DNA of 64,000 nt, from assembly GCA_013239625.1 (NCBI GenBank), contig MU053934.1, positions 1,085,285-1,149,284 on the forward strand, in the 5' to 3' direction. The notes beneath the pieces are model-generated. The model made no database searches. It was not told where the DNA came from and was given only the letters and a program-made list of their open reading frames with translations. This DNA is from Lama guanicoe (taxonomy: Eukaryota). Below are positions 1 through 13,000 of this stretch, in pieces. Numbering within the stretch: position 1 is the first letter of the stretch; the number at the start of each line of letters is the position of its first letter. A program made the position numbers and the translations under genes.

Positions 1-640
1 CCTCTAGAAACTTTAAGGACCTTCTCTTGAGTTCTGAAATTCCATGGTGTTAGTCTTTTTCATCCATTAAGCTGGATATCTGGGGACTTTTTGGTCTAGA
101 AACTTATACCCTGAGGTTCTGGAAACATTCTTTTTTGTTTTTTAAGATAATTTCCCCCTCGCTTGTCTGTATCTTCTCTCCCTAGAATTTCTACTATTCT
201 GCCTTTCTGTATTTTTATCTCTATTCTGAGATGTTTACTCGCATTGATCTTTCATACTTGCTATTGAGTTTTTCATTTCTACTATCATAGTTTTAATTTT
301 GAACAGTTCTTTTTTGTTCTCTGAATGTTCCTTTTTATAGCATCTTGCTTTTCTTACATGAATGCAGTATCTTTCCTTATCTGCCTGAGCATTTAAATTG
401 TCTTTGTTGTTTTGTTCTGCAAGAGTCTCTATTCTCTCCAAGTTACTGTTTTCTTTTTCATTTCTTTCTTTCCTATCTGTTCTTTCCTTTTATGTCTCTG
501 TCTCTAGAAGCTTTCCTCAAATATCTGGTGATACTTGGCTGTCTATTCACATGACCGGCATTAACAAACTGATTGGAAGCCCTGTATGGGTGGGGTACTT
601 CCTGGGGAGCTTTACTATGAGGTAAACCACTTGACCATCT
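1..640 (-). mobile_element. Old L1 (L1M/HAL1-like) ORF1-region fragment
   Basis: T-rich plus strand; minus ORF 235-441 (ENKKELFKIKTMIVEMKNSI) resembles the L1 ORF1p coiled coil. Confidence 0.65.
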
Positions 641-666
641 GTTATGAGACCCTCTACAGTCAGAAT

Positions 667-955
667 TGCTACAATAAAATAAAATGGAGACAGGGCTTGA
701 AAATCCCCCAAAACAGGCAAAATCACTTAAGTAACATAAGCAGAACTAAATCCAGCCTATTTCATGAACAGAAGCTAAACCTAATTTAGGGTATTTCCTA
801 TAAATGCCTCTGATAATCGTAAACAAAACTGAAGTCATCTTCCTAAAATGGTACAAGATCATCACTTTTAGCCACTCACCCACCATCTAGAAACCCCCCA
901 TGGTAATAACGCGTCATTATAAACGTTAAACCGCTTCCTTATTTTCAATTTCTAA
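667..955 (+). mobile_element. LTR fragment (ERV-type, family not identified), copy 1
   Basis: Aligns by eye to the reverse complement of 1930-2208 (shared blocks taagcagaa, taaacctaa, ataaatg.ctctgataatc.taaacaa.actgaagtcatct.cctaaaa). Confidence 0.6.
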
Positions 956-1744
956 TCAGCTGTTTTCTCTCATTATCTCTAAGTGGAAAACCAGGCTGCT
1001 GCCAGGGTGGGGCAGTGGGTGGGGGCTAACTCCTCCGGCAGACTGTCAGTCACGCCTCTACCTGCAGCCCCGCATTCGCCTCCGTATTTGCTTGGACCTG
1101 ACGCCAGTTCTGAGCCTTCCTGAGGCACTGCAATTGCTTTCACCACTGCTTCAGTTTAGTTTTCTTGGGTTCGTTTAGCTCCCAGCTCCCCAAAAGTGTC
1201 ATCCATTTCTATAATCTTTGTCTTTATGGGTTTAAATTTTAAAACAAAAATCCAACTGTCAATTGAATGCAGCATTGGAGGGAGCAGAAGTAAACATACA
1301 TGTTCAGTGAACCAGCTTTACTCAGATCCCTTGTGAAGGTGGGAATCTTAAACCGTGTGAGTGGCGGAGACCCAGAGATGCGCCTGCTCACTCAGCTGCT
1401 GGAGGCTGGGGAGGACAGCCCACAGATAACCCACCTCCGGCAGAGACAAGTCACTCCCTATGGGAAAATCAATCCATAATCATCTTTTTTCTTATTTAGG
1501 TTCCAAAGGGACACACATTTCTTCTTGATACAAACAGAATGGGAAAGGAAGCATGCCTGCAAAGAAAGGAGCATTAAGGAGGAGGTTGCAAACACTACAC
1601 GCTTTTCTCCCATGTGGCAAAGGAACGGTGCTTCTCTGAAATGGGCAGCCGGACCTGGGTGCCCTGCTTAAAAATAATGGATAATAGCCATAGTCTCTGT
1701 GTCTTGTCCAAAATCCAGAAAGAGTAAAAATTAAAACCAGATCA

Positions 1745-2208
1745 GTAAAATAGTATTTATTTACATTTAGAGTGTATTTGTGTTTATTGTGTAATTATTA
1801 GAGTTAATTATTTCATTTATTATTACTAGAGTTTATTGTGCATGAACGAATAGCTCACAACCTGGAAGAATTCAAACCCAAAACTGGTATGAGGCTCTGA
1901 GGCATGATGTCACAAGATGGCTTATAAAGTGAAAATGAGGAAAGTTGTTTTAATAAACAAACTTCACAGTGACTGGTTATTACAGTGGGGTTTCCAGACA
2001 GTGGGGGATTGGTTAAACGTGATTACTTAGTACTGTTTTAGGCAGATGACTTCAGTGTTGTTTATGATTATCAGAGACATTTATTAAAAATAACCTAAGT
2101 TAGGTTTATCTTATTATGTTTGTGAAATAAGCTAAATTTAATTCTGCTTACATGGCTTAAATGGTTTTGTCTTTGGCGAGATTTTTCAGCCTGGTCACTG
2201 TTTTAACA
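1745..2208 (-). mobile_element. Solo LTR of the same family, copy 2 (inverted)
   Basis: Minus strand starts TGTTAAAA at 2208 and has a late AATAAA (ttcatgcacaataaac near 1830-1846); homologous to 667-955. Confidence 0.6.
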
Positions 2209-2379
2209 GTCGAGTCTGCTTCCCTAAGAAAGAAAAACATCACAAGGCAACTCGCAGTGGGGGAGAGAGTGTCTTGGGCTCTATGTAGGGAAGTTTCTGG
2301 AGGGTCTCCTGATACGTTGTATTGAAAGTTACAGGTTTGGATTTCAAATGTACAACCCACCAATCACACTTAGAGGAAA

Positions 2380-2500
2380 TAGTTTGGTATCTCTGAGTCT
2401 TGTTTTCCTCATCTGTAAAATGGGTATAAAAACACAGGTCTGCACAGTTGTTGCACTGGCTAAATGGGTTATATTCTAGTGATCTCAATAAATGTGTGTT
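2380..2500 (+). mobile_element. MIR SINE fragment
   Basis: Core ctctgagtcttgttttcctcatctgtaaaatggg. Confidence 0.75.
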
Positions 2501-2879
2501 GAATCTGACTCACGAGTTAATCTTCGTGTATATTTCCCTTCCCAGTTACTCACAAAATTTCTCATTCTTGCAACCATACTTTTTGTTAAGATGGTTAGGA
2601 AAGAAGTTAGTCTACAGAAATTAATTTTTAATACAGCTGAGATTAAGATTTATTTATTTTTTTAGTTTGACATGTGTCATAGAAATAATTCTTAAAGGAA
2701 GTAATACACATTTCCTTGCTTTCTTAATTAGAAGGATTGGAACACATTTTTCACTCTTCCTGGATATATTTAAGTTCTTTGTTCAATTCCTGTGTAGTTT
2801 GTTTGATTTTTATAATGATCCTTTGCCAAATGGAAAAAAACCAACGTTTTTCTTATTACAAATTCAACATAGTCTCACT

Positions 2880-3120
2880 GCATAGAAATAAAAATTGCCA
2901 GTTAGGAAAAAAAAAACAAAACACCAACACAGAAACAATCAGAGCCTTCATATGCACACACATGTACCCAAAGAGGCTGAAAGAAAATGACTGATAGATT
3001 TGACTACATACAAATTGAAAGTTTCTCCATGTCAAAATCCACATAAACAAAATAGGAAGCAAACAGCAAACTGACAAAATATTTGCACCAACGTGACAGA
3101 TGATATAGTTAATATCTTAA
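2880..3120 (+). mobile_element. Old L1 (L1ME-like) ORF2 fragment
   Basis: A-rich; aaattgaaagtttctccatgtcaaaa...aaaatatttgc matches the L1 ORF2 KSFC..K / KIFA region. Confidence 0.55.
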
Positions 3121-3539
3121 GTGTATGATTATTCCTTGCTTTTTAATCTTGTCTTTCCAGCTAGACTTTGGGCAGCTTGAAGACAAAGGGAAATTCTTCA
3201 GCTTTATACTGACTCTCATTTCAGGCTGCCTCATCCATCCTTTTTCCAAATTGAACTGGGTTGAGTGGAAGAAGACTGGATTCAAAGTTCATTTCTCGTT
3301 CTTCCTTATAGTATCTCATGCAGAATTGATGTTCAATAAATATTTGTTGAATGAATGAGTGTGTAGAGAATAAAAAGTCATTTCTTCCCTACGAAGAGCT
3401 GTTGTTATATATTGGATTTCTGTAACGAATAGAGAGCTATGTGTCCCTCTTGACCTCTATGCCAAGCCATCAGCTGTTGAATCTCCTACCTTCACTGTCT
3501 CCCCTTCTTCCAGGGGGTTGTTTCAAACCTCTCAGCTCC

Positions 3540-3730
3540 AGCAAATCAGAACACTTATTATGTACCAGGCACTTTGCTCAGTGATAGGGATATAGAAACA
3601 GATAAAATCCACAGGTCCTTAAATAACTTTCCATCTTGGGAGGGAACTTGGGATACAGTGCAAACAATCGTGCTCAGCTTTGATAAGCACTGCAACGGAA
3701 AGAGACGTGATGCAAGGAGCATGAGTCAGA
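3540..3730 (-). mobile_element. L2 3' fragment
   Basis: acacttattatgtaccaggcactttgctcagtgatagggatatag. Confidence 0.6.
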
Positions 3731-5235
3731 AGCTGGATGGAGAAATCTGGCCTCTGGGAGAGAGCAGAGCTGTACACCTTCCACCAAACACCTGGACTGA
3801 AAAATGGGTTGGGGGCCAGGGCATGGTAAAAGAATTGTACATTCAAAGATGACTATATAGGCTTAACAAAAGGACCAGAATAATAGACAAAGGAAAAGAA
3901 ACACAATTCATTGATCGCCTACAATATCCGCAGCTTGTTGCCAGGCGCTTCACGTGGAATAGCTAATGCTTCTTCCAATGGCTCCTTTGACAAAAGCAAA
4001 AACTCAGACGTTAAGCAACGGGATCAATGACTGGTAGCCAATAAAAAGAGGGCTCAAGGTTCTAACCCAGGTTCGTCTATCCCCAAAGCCCTTATGTGCC
4101 CTTGTTTTGGGGGGAAAATTCATAGAGGCCTTTTCTCACTCAGCTCAGATGTGTCTTGAAAGGATATGGGTCTAAGGAGAACTAAAGTTCATTGTAATGT
4201 TTTTTGTTTCAGTAGGGGGACTGGCTTGGGCGGGTGGAATGCTGGCGAGGCAATACAGTTTTCACCGCCATCCTCTTTGCAGCTTCACATTCAGATGAAT
4301 TCTTCTTTCTGTAGGGTGGTGACCTGAGTCTCAGGCTGTCTGCCTGGGGTAGTAGGTTCAACCTGGTTTTGGAAGCTCTTTTCCTGGAAGTGCTCGTGGG
4401 AACACTACATTTAAGGGCTCTTCTGAACCCAAGGCGCTGCTAATCTATTATCATCCTCAACGTGACACTGGGGCTGTCTGTTTGTTTTTTGAAAATTGGC
4501 TGCATTGATTTCTGCCCAATGGTACACGTTGCCCGGCTGTCTGGGAGGCACTGAGGCGAGAGAAGACGAGAGCCGATCAAAGACAGAGTGGAGCTTTTCG
4601 ACGAGGCAGCCTGTGAGGAGACTCAGAGAGTCTGCCCCAGACATTTTGTCTCTCGTCTGACCTTACCCAGTGCCTGCGGTTCTGCTATGAGCGTCAGGGT
4701 GATTTCAGAGCCCGAGGGGCCTGTAGAGACCGTCCAGCCACCTTGGACAGCAGCAGATGCGTGAACTGAGACCCACTGTGGGGAAGCAGCTTCCTGTGGG
4801 CACACAGAGAGGCACCGGCAGCTTTTTCAGCCCTGGAGCCCCCGATGCCAGGCACTTACAAGTTGCTCACTAAGTAGTCCTGCATTTGTTGCTTGAGTCC
4901 TGGACACAGCACTCTCAAAGAAATAGAATTATGATGCCACATTGGGAAGGCAGGGATTAGCAGAGGAAAGAGTTGAGGAGAGGTATTAGAGGCAAGAGTA
5001 CTGACGGTGTGCTTCAAGGATAGGGAGTGCGAGGCGGAGTACAGGACACTCATAGGGGACTAATGAGAGAGGGGGGTCAAAATGACAGATTAGGGTCACA
5101 TGGTGGGGAGCCCTGAATGCCAGAGTGAGACATTGCACCTCTGCCTCTGCCCTGTCATCTGGGACCTCCCAGACCATTTGCTGAGGTGTGCATGGCTTGA
5201 CTTCTTTTGAAATCTGCCATCTTCCTTGGGTCCAT

Positions 5236-5600
5236 CATCCATCCATTCATTTAGCAACTGCTTATTGTATGCCTACAACGTAGGCACTGGGCTAGGTTCT
5301 GGAGATCCAGGAGGGAATGAGATGAAGCAGACCCCTGACCTCATAAAACTTACATTCCCATAGGATATAACACAATAAACACGAATAAATGAACAACATC
5401 ATTACAGACTGTGCTTACATGCTCTGAAGGAAAGAAGCAGAATGATGTGATAGGTACCGAGGTGAAGGAGGAACTTATGATGGTCAGAGAAGGCCTCTCT
5501 GAGGAGGTGACGTTGAAAAATGTGAGATGGAGCCAGCCATGCAGAGTGACAGGATAAGCCTGGTTCAGCTGGACAAAACTGCAAGTATAAGACCCTACAG
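5236..5600 (-). mobile_element. L2 3' end
   Basis: catccattcatttagcaactgcttattg...ggcactgggctaggttctggagat...ggtcagagaaggcctctctgaggaggtgac. Confidence 0.8.
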
Positions 5601-5754
5601 ATAAACGGATCAGAAATGACCCAGGTAATCTTGGTCATGGGTAAAAAGAATTGAGGAGATCATGGGAAGGAGTCTTGGGCACTAGACAAATTAAAAACAG
5701 GACAGATCCAAGCTGCAATGAAAGAGCTAAGTTCCCTCAATGTCTTGGTAAAGT

Positions 5755-5920
5755 TCAATGCTTTTCAAACTTGAATGAGCATAAAAATCATCCAGAGAGT
5801 CTGTTAAAAAAAAAAAAAAGCACATTCAGGGGCTGCAGACCAAGAGATTTAGAACATTTTTAAACACCTGAGCTGGTTTTGATGCAGTTCATCCTCAGAA
5901 CACATTTAGAGAACCACTGA
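5755..5920. mobile_element. MER5-family hAT-Charlie MITE
   Basis: Ends caatgcttttcaaact ... atttagagaaccactg (degenerate TIRs); internal aatcatccagagagtctgttaaaa. Confidence 0.7.
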
Positions 5921-7257
5921 ATTAAACTGACAAGAAGGGAGGACTGTGCAGTTGGGCACAGGTGGGGCGTGACAGGTGTGAGGTGCCAGGGGAGGGAGTG
6001 AGTCAGAGGGAGGATGTGAGGGAATACCATCAGCATCCCGCTTCCATGCCTTGCTGCGACCTGCTTGTTCTGGCTTCTTCGTGCCCAGATTGGCAAGCTG
6101 AGTCATAATGACAGCAGTGGATGCTAAAGAACTCCATTCCTGGAACCCCGGAATCCCTGAGGACATCAGGATGGAGAATTGTTATGTGATGGAGGGAAAT
6201 TATGGCTAATGGGACCCCAGCAATAGTCATCACACCCACGTTTCCCTCCACCACATCCTCTTTAAGATTCAGGTTAAAAGACAATTCCTGGCTTTCCTGG
6301 GAGGAGCAGGAGTTAAATGCAATGCATTTTCAATGGGCTTGAGGTCCCACTGGACCAGCTGGATGTCATTGTGAGCATCGCGTGGGCTGTTAAGGGGCTC
6401 TTCAAAATAGGGCAGAGGCACTGGCAAAACAATTGGCTGTGTCACTGCAAACCTGTCTGAGCAAATTACATGGGAAACAAGCAAGCGTCATTATGATTTA
6501 TATAAATATATGTTGCAGATTTCATTAAGATTAGGCCAGCTTTGCAGTTACCACTTGCTGGGTTGTTTGCCTGGTCCTTAATCTTCATTTGCAAATGCCG
6601 ATTAGTCTCATAAAGGACTCCTGGTGGCCAGGAATAAGCCCACCTCTCAGCTTGCTTGCTTCTCTCTAGGACCTCAGCCAAGGAGATGCCTACGTGGGGC
6701 ACAGAGAGTGAAAAAGAGCTCAAAATAGATCTTCTCCAGGTACCTGAAGGCAAAAAAGGTGCAGACATACTAGCATGAGACCTTTCTCAAATCAGAGTGC
6801 TCCCGGGGGCTCCAGGCAAGGCTAAAGACCAGATCCTCACCTCCGGGCATTCCCACCTGCAAATGGGCACTCAGCCAGGGGGACAACTCAGAGCAGGTGA
6901 GTGGGATGATGGTGGTTCTCCATGTCCGCTGGGCAGTAATTCAACACTTTGTTTAAATTCAGTTATGAAGCCAGAGGTGGCAGGCAGTGAGACAGACATC
7001 AAGGATACAAAGACAAAATTTGAAATGCTCCAATTCCTTGTCCTAAAGGGATTTGTTCTGACTTAGAGACCCATATATAAAAGTGATTGCAGGTCAGAGG
7101 GAAGTGAAGAGATCATGGTAATACTGAATGCAGCCAAGAGATGTGGGTTTTATCATGCAGTCTGGAGGTTTTCAAGTCTTATAGAACCGCCATCTTTTAT
7201 TTTTCCAAGTGAGGGCTTACTTATGCAAAGCCTCACAGTTTTTGGAATGATTTTTCT

Positions 7258-8250
7258 AGAACAACCCAATTCAAAAATGGGCAGAAGACCTAAACAAGCA
7301 ATTCTCCAATGAAGACATACATACGGCCAACAGGCACATGAAAAAATGCTCAGTATTGCTAATTATCAGAGAAATGCAAATCAAAACTACAGTGAGGTAT
7401 CACCTCACACCAGTCAGAATGGCTAACATTAACAATTCCATAAACAATAAATGCTGGACAGGATGTGGAGAAAAGGGAATCCTCCTACACTGCTGGTGGG
7501 AATGTAGTTTGGTGCAACCGTTATGGAGAACAGTATGGAGATTCCTCAAAAAACTAAAAATAGACTTACCATATGACCCAGCAATCCCACTTCTGGTATA
7601 TATCCAGAGGGAACTCTAATTTGAAAAAATACATACAGCCCAATGTTCATAGCAACACTATATACAATAGCCAAGACATGGAAGCAACCTAAATGTCCAC
7701 TGACAGATGACTGGATAAAAAAGATGTGGTATATTTATACAGTGGAATACTACTCAGCAATAAAAATAAGAATAAAATAATGCCATTTGTAGCAACATGT
7801 TTGGGCCTGGAGATCATCATTCTAAGTGAAGTAAGCCAGAAAGAGAAAGAAAAATACCATATGATCACTCATCTGTGGAATCTAAAAAAAAAGAAAAGAA
7901 AAGAAAACCAAAACACTAATGAACTCATCTACAAAACAGAAACAGATTCGCAGACATAGTAAACAATTTTATGGCTCCAGGAGGAAAGGAGATGGGAAGG
8001 GATAAATTTGGGAGTATGAGATCTGCAAAGGATAACCATTATATCTAAAAATAGATTTAAAAAGTAAATGTCCTCTGTATAGCACAGGGAACTACATTCA
8101 ATATCTTGTAATAGCCTTTAATGAAAAAGAATATGAAAATGAATATATGTATGTGTATATATATATATATGCACACTTGACTGGGACATTATGCTGAACA
8201 CCAGAAACTGCCACATTGTAACTGACTATATTTCAATAAAAAAATAATAA
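7258..8250 (+). mobile_element. 5'-truncated L1 (ORF2 C-terminus, 3'UTR, A tail)
   Basis: ORF 7338-7619 [46 protein letters not shown] (CCHC knuckle), frameshifted; ends ttcaataaaaaaataataa. Confidence 0.95.
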
Positions 8251-8296
8251 CATAAAATAAGATGTCCATCTGACCATACCATTCCTTGGCTTAGTG

Positions 8297-8521
8297 CAAG
8301 GATCTGTAAACTCTTTCTATAAAGGGTCAGATAGAATATGTTTTATATTTTTTTAGGCCAGACAAAACCTCTGCTGAAACTTCTTGACTCTGCCCTAGCA
8401 GAACTAATGAAGAGCCAGACACTAGTATATGAACAGCTACGGCTGTCTTCAATCAAACTGCATCTACAGAAACAGGCAGCCTCCCAGATGTAGCCCGTGG
8501 GTTGTAGCTTGTCCACCCCTT
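8297..8521 (+). mobile_element. MER58A-like hAT-Charlie MITE
   Basis: caaggatctgtaaactctttctataaagggtcagatag ... gcccgtgggttgtagcttgtccacccct. Confidence 0.8.
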
Positions 8522-8786
8522 CCTTTGACTCACTCCTATCTCCTTAGTATGAAACTCCAGACCTCTTCACAGTTTGAACCCCAGCACCTAATTGATCACT
8601 CTGTGCCTGCCCCCTACCACAGCCTCTGCTCCTGCCAAATGGGACTTTTCCATGTAACCTAAATACACCTTGGACTTTTCCAAGGCTGTGTCTTCTTATG
8701 TGCTGTTCACCCCATCTGAATTGCCTTCCCTTTCATCATCAATGAAATTCCTACTTGCTCTTCACATTCTAGCACAAATATTTCCT

Positions 8787-9133
8787 TGCTATGGTCTGAG
8801 TGTTTCTGTCTCTCCAAAATTCGTATGGTGAAATCCTACTGCCCATGGGTGTTAGGAGATGTGGCCCTTTAGGGGTGATTGGATCATGAGGACGAAGCTC
8901 TCACAAATGAGTTAATGCCTTTATAGAAGAGGACGAGGAGCGCTCCCTTGTCCCTTCCACCATGTGAGGTACAATCAGAAAAGTCTACAACCCAGGAAGA
9001 CAGCCCTCACCCAGCCACACTGGCACCTTGATTTTATACTTCCAGCCTCTGAAACTGGAAGAAATAAATTCCTGTTGTTTATAAGCTACCTAGTTTATTG
9101 TATTCTGGTTACAGTAGCCCAGACAGTATAAAA
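8787..9133 (+). mobile_element. MaLR solo LTR (MLT1A-like)
   Basis: tgctatggtctgagtgttt...ccaaaattcgtatggtgaaatcct...ttccagcctctgaaactggaagaaataaattcctgttgtttataagctacctagt. Confidence 0.85.
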
Positions 9134-9527
9134 TGCTTCTCAACTCGTTTTTTTTTTAGTTTTGCAATACTTGATTATTTCAAAATGCTGGTTATTTCTG
9201 TGCCCATCTATTCCAGCAGAGCCTGAATTTGTCAAAAGCAGGGACCATATCCTTATTATTCTCTGGAACCCAGCTCTCAGGACTAAGGAATGTTTAATAA
9301 GTGAAACAATTTTGTCTCAGCACTTTCACTGTAGCACGTTTGCAGTTCATGGCAAGTTGGATGGGGGCCAACGTCACTACTCCAGGGGGTCAAATCTGGT
9401 GAGTGGGGCCCCCAGCAGAAAGCTCAGGAGGAAGCAGTGCTGGGAGTCACTTAGGTAGAAGCCATAGAATTCCAACCAGCCTGGATTACAGGAGGCTCCA
9501 CTGTCATGTGGAGGCAGATACAATGGT

Positions 9528-9555
9528 CAGACAGACAGACAGACAGACACGGACA
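9528..9555 (+). repeat. (CAGA)n microsatellite
   Basis: cagacagacagacagacagacac. Confidence 0.8.
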
Positions 9556-10007
9556 GGCAGCTCTTCAGAAGCCCATTAAGTAGGCTGAAGGGGGTGGGAA
9601 CAGATCAAGATCAACTTCTAGCACTAGGAGGGGCACTGAAGAGTCAGTCAGAAAGTAAGACAGAATGAAGAGAATAGAGAAGAGAAAAAGAAAGACCACC
9701 AGCTTGGGAATCAAGGTGGCAAAGCTCTAATTCTTCATGCCACTCACCAGTCCATTGGGCCCCTCACTACTCCATTCTGCTGGCTTGGATACCTCTGGAT
9801 CTTGAGTTCAGTGTTGCCGAGCATCACAGCTGACATTGTCTGGGTCTATGATCAGATGGGCCTGAAAACGACAACAACTTGCTTGGCCCAGCTGAGGAAC
9901 CCCAAGCCCCAAAAGGGTCTAGAGACCAGCCTTTATTAGGGTCAATATTGCCAGTAACATGCCTTTCCTTTCTTTCAACATGGTGCTACCATTTTATGCT
10001 GTGAATT

Positions 10008-10092
10008 GAAGAAAAGAAAAGGAAAGGAAAGGGGAGGGGAGGAGAGAGGAGGGGAGGGGAGTGGAGGGAGGAAGGGAAAAGAAAAGAAAAAA
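10008..10092 (+). repeat. Polypurine GA-rich tract
   Basis: About 85 nt of almost pure G/A (one T). Confidence 0.85.
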
Positions 10093-11199
10093 TAACCCAC
10101 CATAGTCAAGTCCTTTTCACTGAGATTCCTTTTAGCTTTCTTCTTTAACCTTCAGTACCCTCTCTGTGAACACCTCATGGAGCCTCCTTCTAAGCTTTTT
10201 GGATTCTGGGGTTAGAGTTCAGCTTCCCCACGCCAAGAACAGACAACAAAGGCTGTCTGCCAGGGAAGATTTACATATTCAGCAGCCCAGCTTCTCCTGC
10301 CTCTTCTCCATTAAAGACCGAAGGGGCTGCAGAAGCCTTGATCTCTGAGTGGTCTACGGCCAGGAGGGGGAGAGAGAAAAATGCTTTGCTGAGGACCCAA
10401 GGGAGGACTGAGCTCTGGCTGCCTGAGTCTTATCAAAAGAAAAATGGTTACAGAGATTTTATTATTTTTTTTTAAATAAGTGATGCAAGAAAAAAAATCT
10501 TGCAAGTGAGAATATAAAATTAAATTTGCCAAATATGCTGAGAGTTGGTCCTTGGAGAAGTTTTATCTGCACTGCATAGTCAAACACATCAACTTTCGGG
10601 GTGCCTGGCAATTACTGTGTGGCATAGATTCAATTTGTTCTTGTGTAGACAATATTATCTGGCACCAGAAACTGAAAACCTCAGTACATATTTTAGTAAA
10701 CACAATTCCAAATTGTGAGGGAGGACTTCTGGGGGATCTTCATGGATGCTGCCAACAGAATCAGTCCAAGTCTCCCAACTGGTAAGACTTGTCAAGCAGC
10801 CTGGGAAGGGGCAAAGTAGAGAGAGCAGGTATCTCCCAGGGTTTTTGATAGATTGGCATTTCTCAAATTTTGAGCTGGAAAGTTTGTGGAAGAAAAAACC
10901 TGAAATACACTAGCATGGCATATCCATAAAGACCAGAAAGCCAGTTTTATTTCACTAAAATGAATTTTAGTTATTTTTAGGGAATAATTTTAGGGAATAA
11001 ACACACCCATGTTCACTTATCCAAAACTGTAATAATTTCATTTGGAAGAGCGATATGGCATAGTCCTGGAGTCTCCGCCAGTTTCAGGCAAATGTCACAT
11101 ACTGTTGAGGGGAAATTAATATGGATGTTCAAATATGCTGCCTGTTGGGAGAAGAAGATAAACCTGACTCACTCCTCCGTTCACTATCTGAGTTCTCTA

Positions 11200-11960
11200 G
11201 ACCTTTGTCAGATGCCAGGTATGGGGTGTCGGTAGCCCCAGAGCAGCTGCCACTCTGTTTGCCAAAGCTATGCCTTCAATAGATGCTTCATTCCAGATGA
11301 CCACATGTGACCATTTCAGTACTGTTTTACCACTGGGTACTGTAGGTTACCAGTGTCCTATTCTCTAATGGTAACCTGAGCTTTACTACCTTCAATTCTG
11401 CCAAGTCACATAACCTATCTCAGATTTACATCCTGGGGAGTCTGATGCTGGTAACCACTTGTAGTACCAAATATTATCCACCAGGAATTAGCTGTTGATG
11501 ACAAGACTCCTTTAACAATGTCTGAGAGATTTAATGTAGGGAATTATTAGGGGAGATAGAGGAGCAGGCTGTTGAATTGATCTGTAAGACTGATTTCTGG
11601 AATAACACCATAGAATTGGCTACCAGAGGAACTACTGCCTATTTCAGAAGAAAGACGCTGAAGGCCAGGAAGGCACTGCAGGGACTCTTGGTTCCAGGGT
11701 CATACTGAGGCTGTAAAGTCAATATCAGCAACAAGGTGCCTCCTATGTTACAACCTTCCCTCACTAACTTGGGTCTGATTCAAGGGCTCCCAAGTACGTC
11801 TGAATGCAAAACCAAAATTATATCCAAAACCTTAGCTGCAAGGGAGTCTAGGAAATGCCACTGTTGGTTTTCCAGTCTCTGTAACACAAAAGAAAAAATA
11901 CTTGAAGGAGGTAGCCAGCAGATGTGAAGGTAGCAACCTGCAGTATTTACTTCTCTACAA
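11200..11960 (-). mobile_element. Degenerate ERVL-class LTR with adjacent internal leader
   Basis: Minus strand ttggtactacaagtggttacc near 11450-11470 resembles an ERVL primer-binding site; ccttagctgcaagggagtctaggaaatg is an old ERVL/MaLR LTR motif. Confidence 0.5.
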
Positions 11961-12259
11961 CCATGAGTGCCATCCAAGTTCTCTAATTATGAATCAGCTA
12001 GCCAATTATTTGTTGAAGTCTTTTTGTGCACAAAGTACCTTATAGGATACAGATATGTATGCGGTGTGTCTAAAGTAAGATGTTCATTCATTTCACCTGA
12101 ATTAGTGCAGGCGGAGTGAACGTTCACCTTCGAAGGGGAATCCTTTGCAGATCTTACATGATTAGTCTTGCCTCAGAACTTTTCTGGGTCTCCTGTTAAG
12201 AAAGGCCTCTACTTCATAAGATGCTCTCAAATGTACACTTGGAAATCAGGCTCATACTT

Positions 12260-12520
12260 TGAGTACTTGTTGGAGTACTATCTTATGATTGCTATGTGCC
12301 AGGCACTGTGCTATGTCTTTTACATCCATTATCTTTCTTCAATTGCACAACAAGTTGCAGAATGAAGGACGTGCTATTACCATTTCCATTTGACTATAAG
12401 AAGTGGAAGGTCAGAAAAACTAAGTGACTTTACCAAAGTCAAACATTTCCTAAGTGTCGAGGTAGAAGGTGGGAACTGAGCACTTTGTGGCTTTGGAGAG
12501 CGTTCTCTTCCTGTAATATT
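12260..12520 (-). mobile_element. MIR SINE
   Basis: tatgtgccaggcactgtgctatg...ccatttgactataagaagtggaaggtcagaaaaactaagtgactttaccaaagtc. Confidence 0.75.
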
Positions 12521-12749
12521 ACATTCCTATCCTAACATAAAAGAATAGAGTTTTTCTTGTTACCTGATAGCCCAGTATATCGCTAGGACTTGGATCCCAG
12601 TGACTTTCAACTCTTTCCAAACAGGGCATCCTATTGTGCTTATTTAAAATGTAGACATGTTATTTTTACACCTTGGTACTACTTGACCCCTGTAGTAAAT
12701 AATTTGTTCTCTCCTTCAATTTCTTCTATTCTGATATAATATAATATTG

Positions 12750-13000
12750 GAGTTGAATACAAGAGTTCAGTTTAGTTTTGATTCCTAGCTCAGTCAGTTG
12801 CTAGTAGTAAAGGCTTGAGCTAGATACTTATTCCCTCTTAAGCCTCATTTTTCCCAAAAGTAAAATGGTGACAATAGTAGAACCTACCTCATATGGTTAT
12901 TTATAGAATTAAACAGATTAAATCTGATAATCTATTGAAAACATTGGCATACTCTCTGGCAAATAGTAAACACTTGAATAATTGTGAGATAGTATTATCA
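12750..13000 (+). mobile_element. MIR SINE
   Basis: cttaagcctcatttttcccaaaagtaaaatggtgacaatagtagaacctacctcatatgg. Confidence 0.75.
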
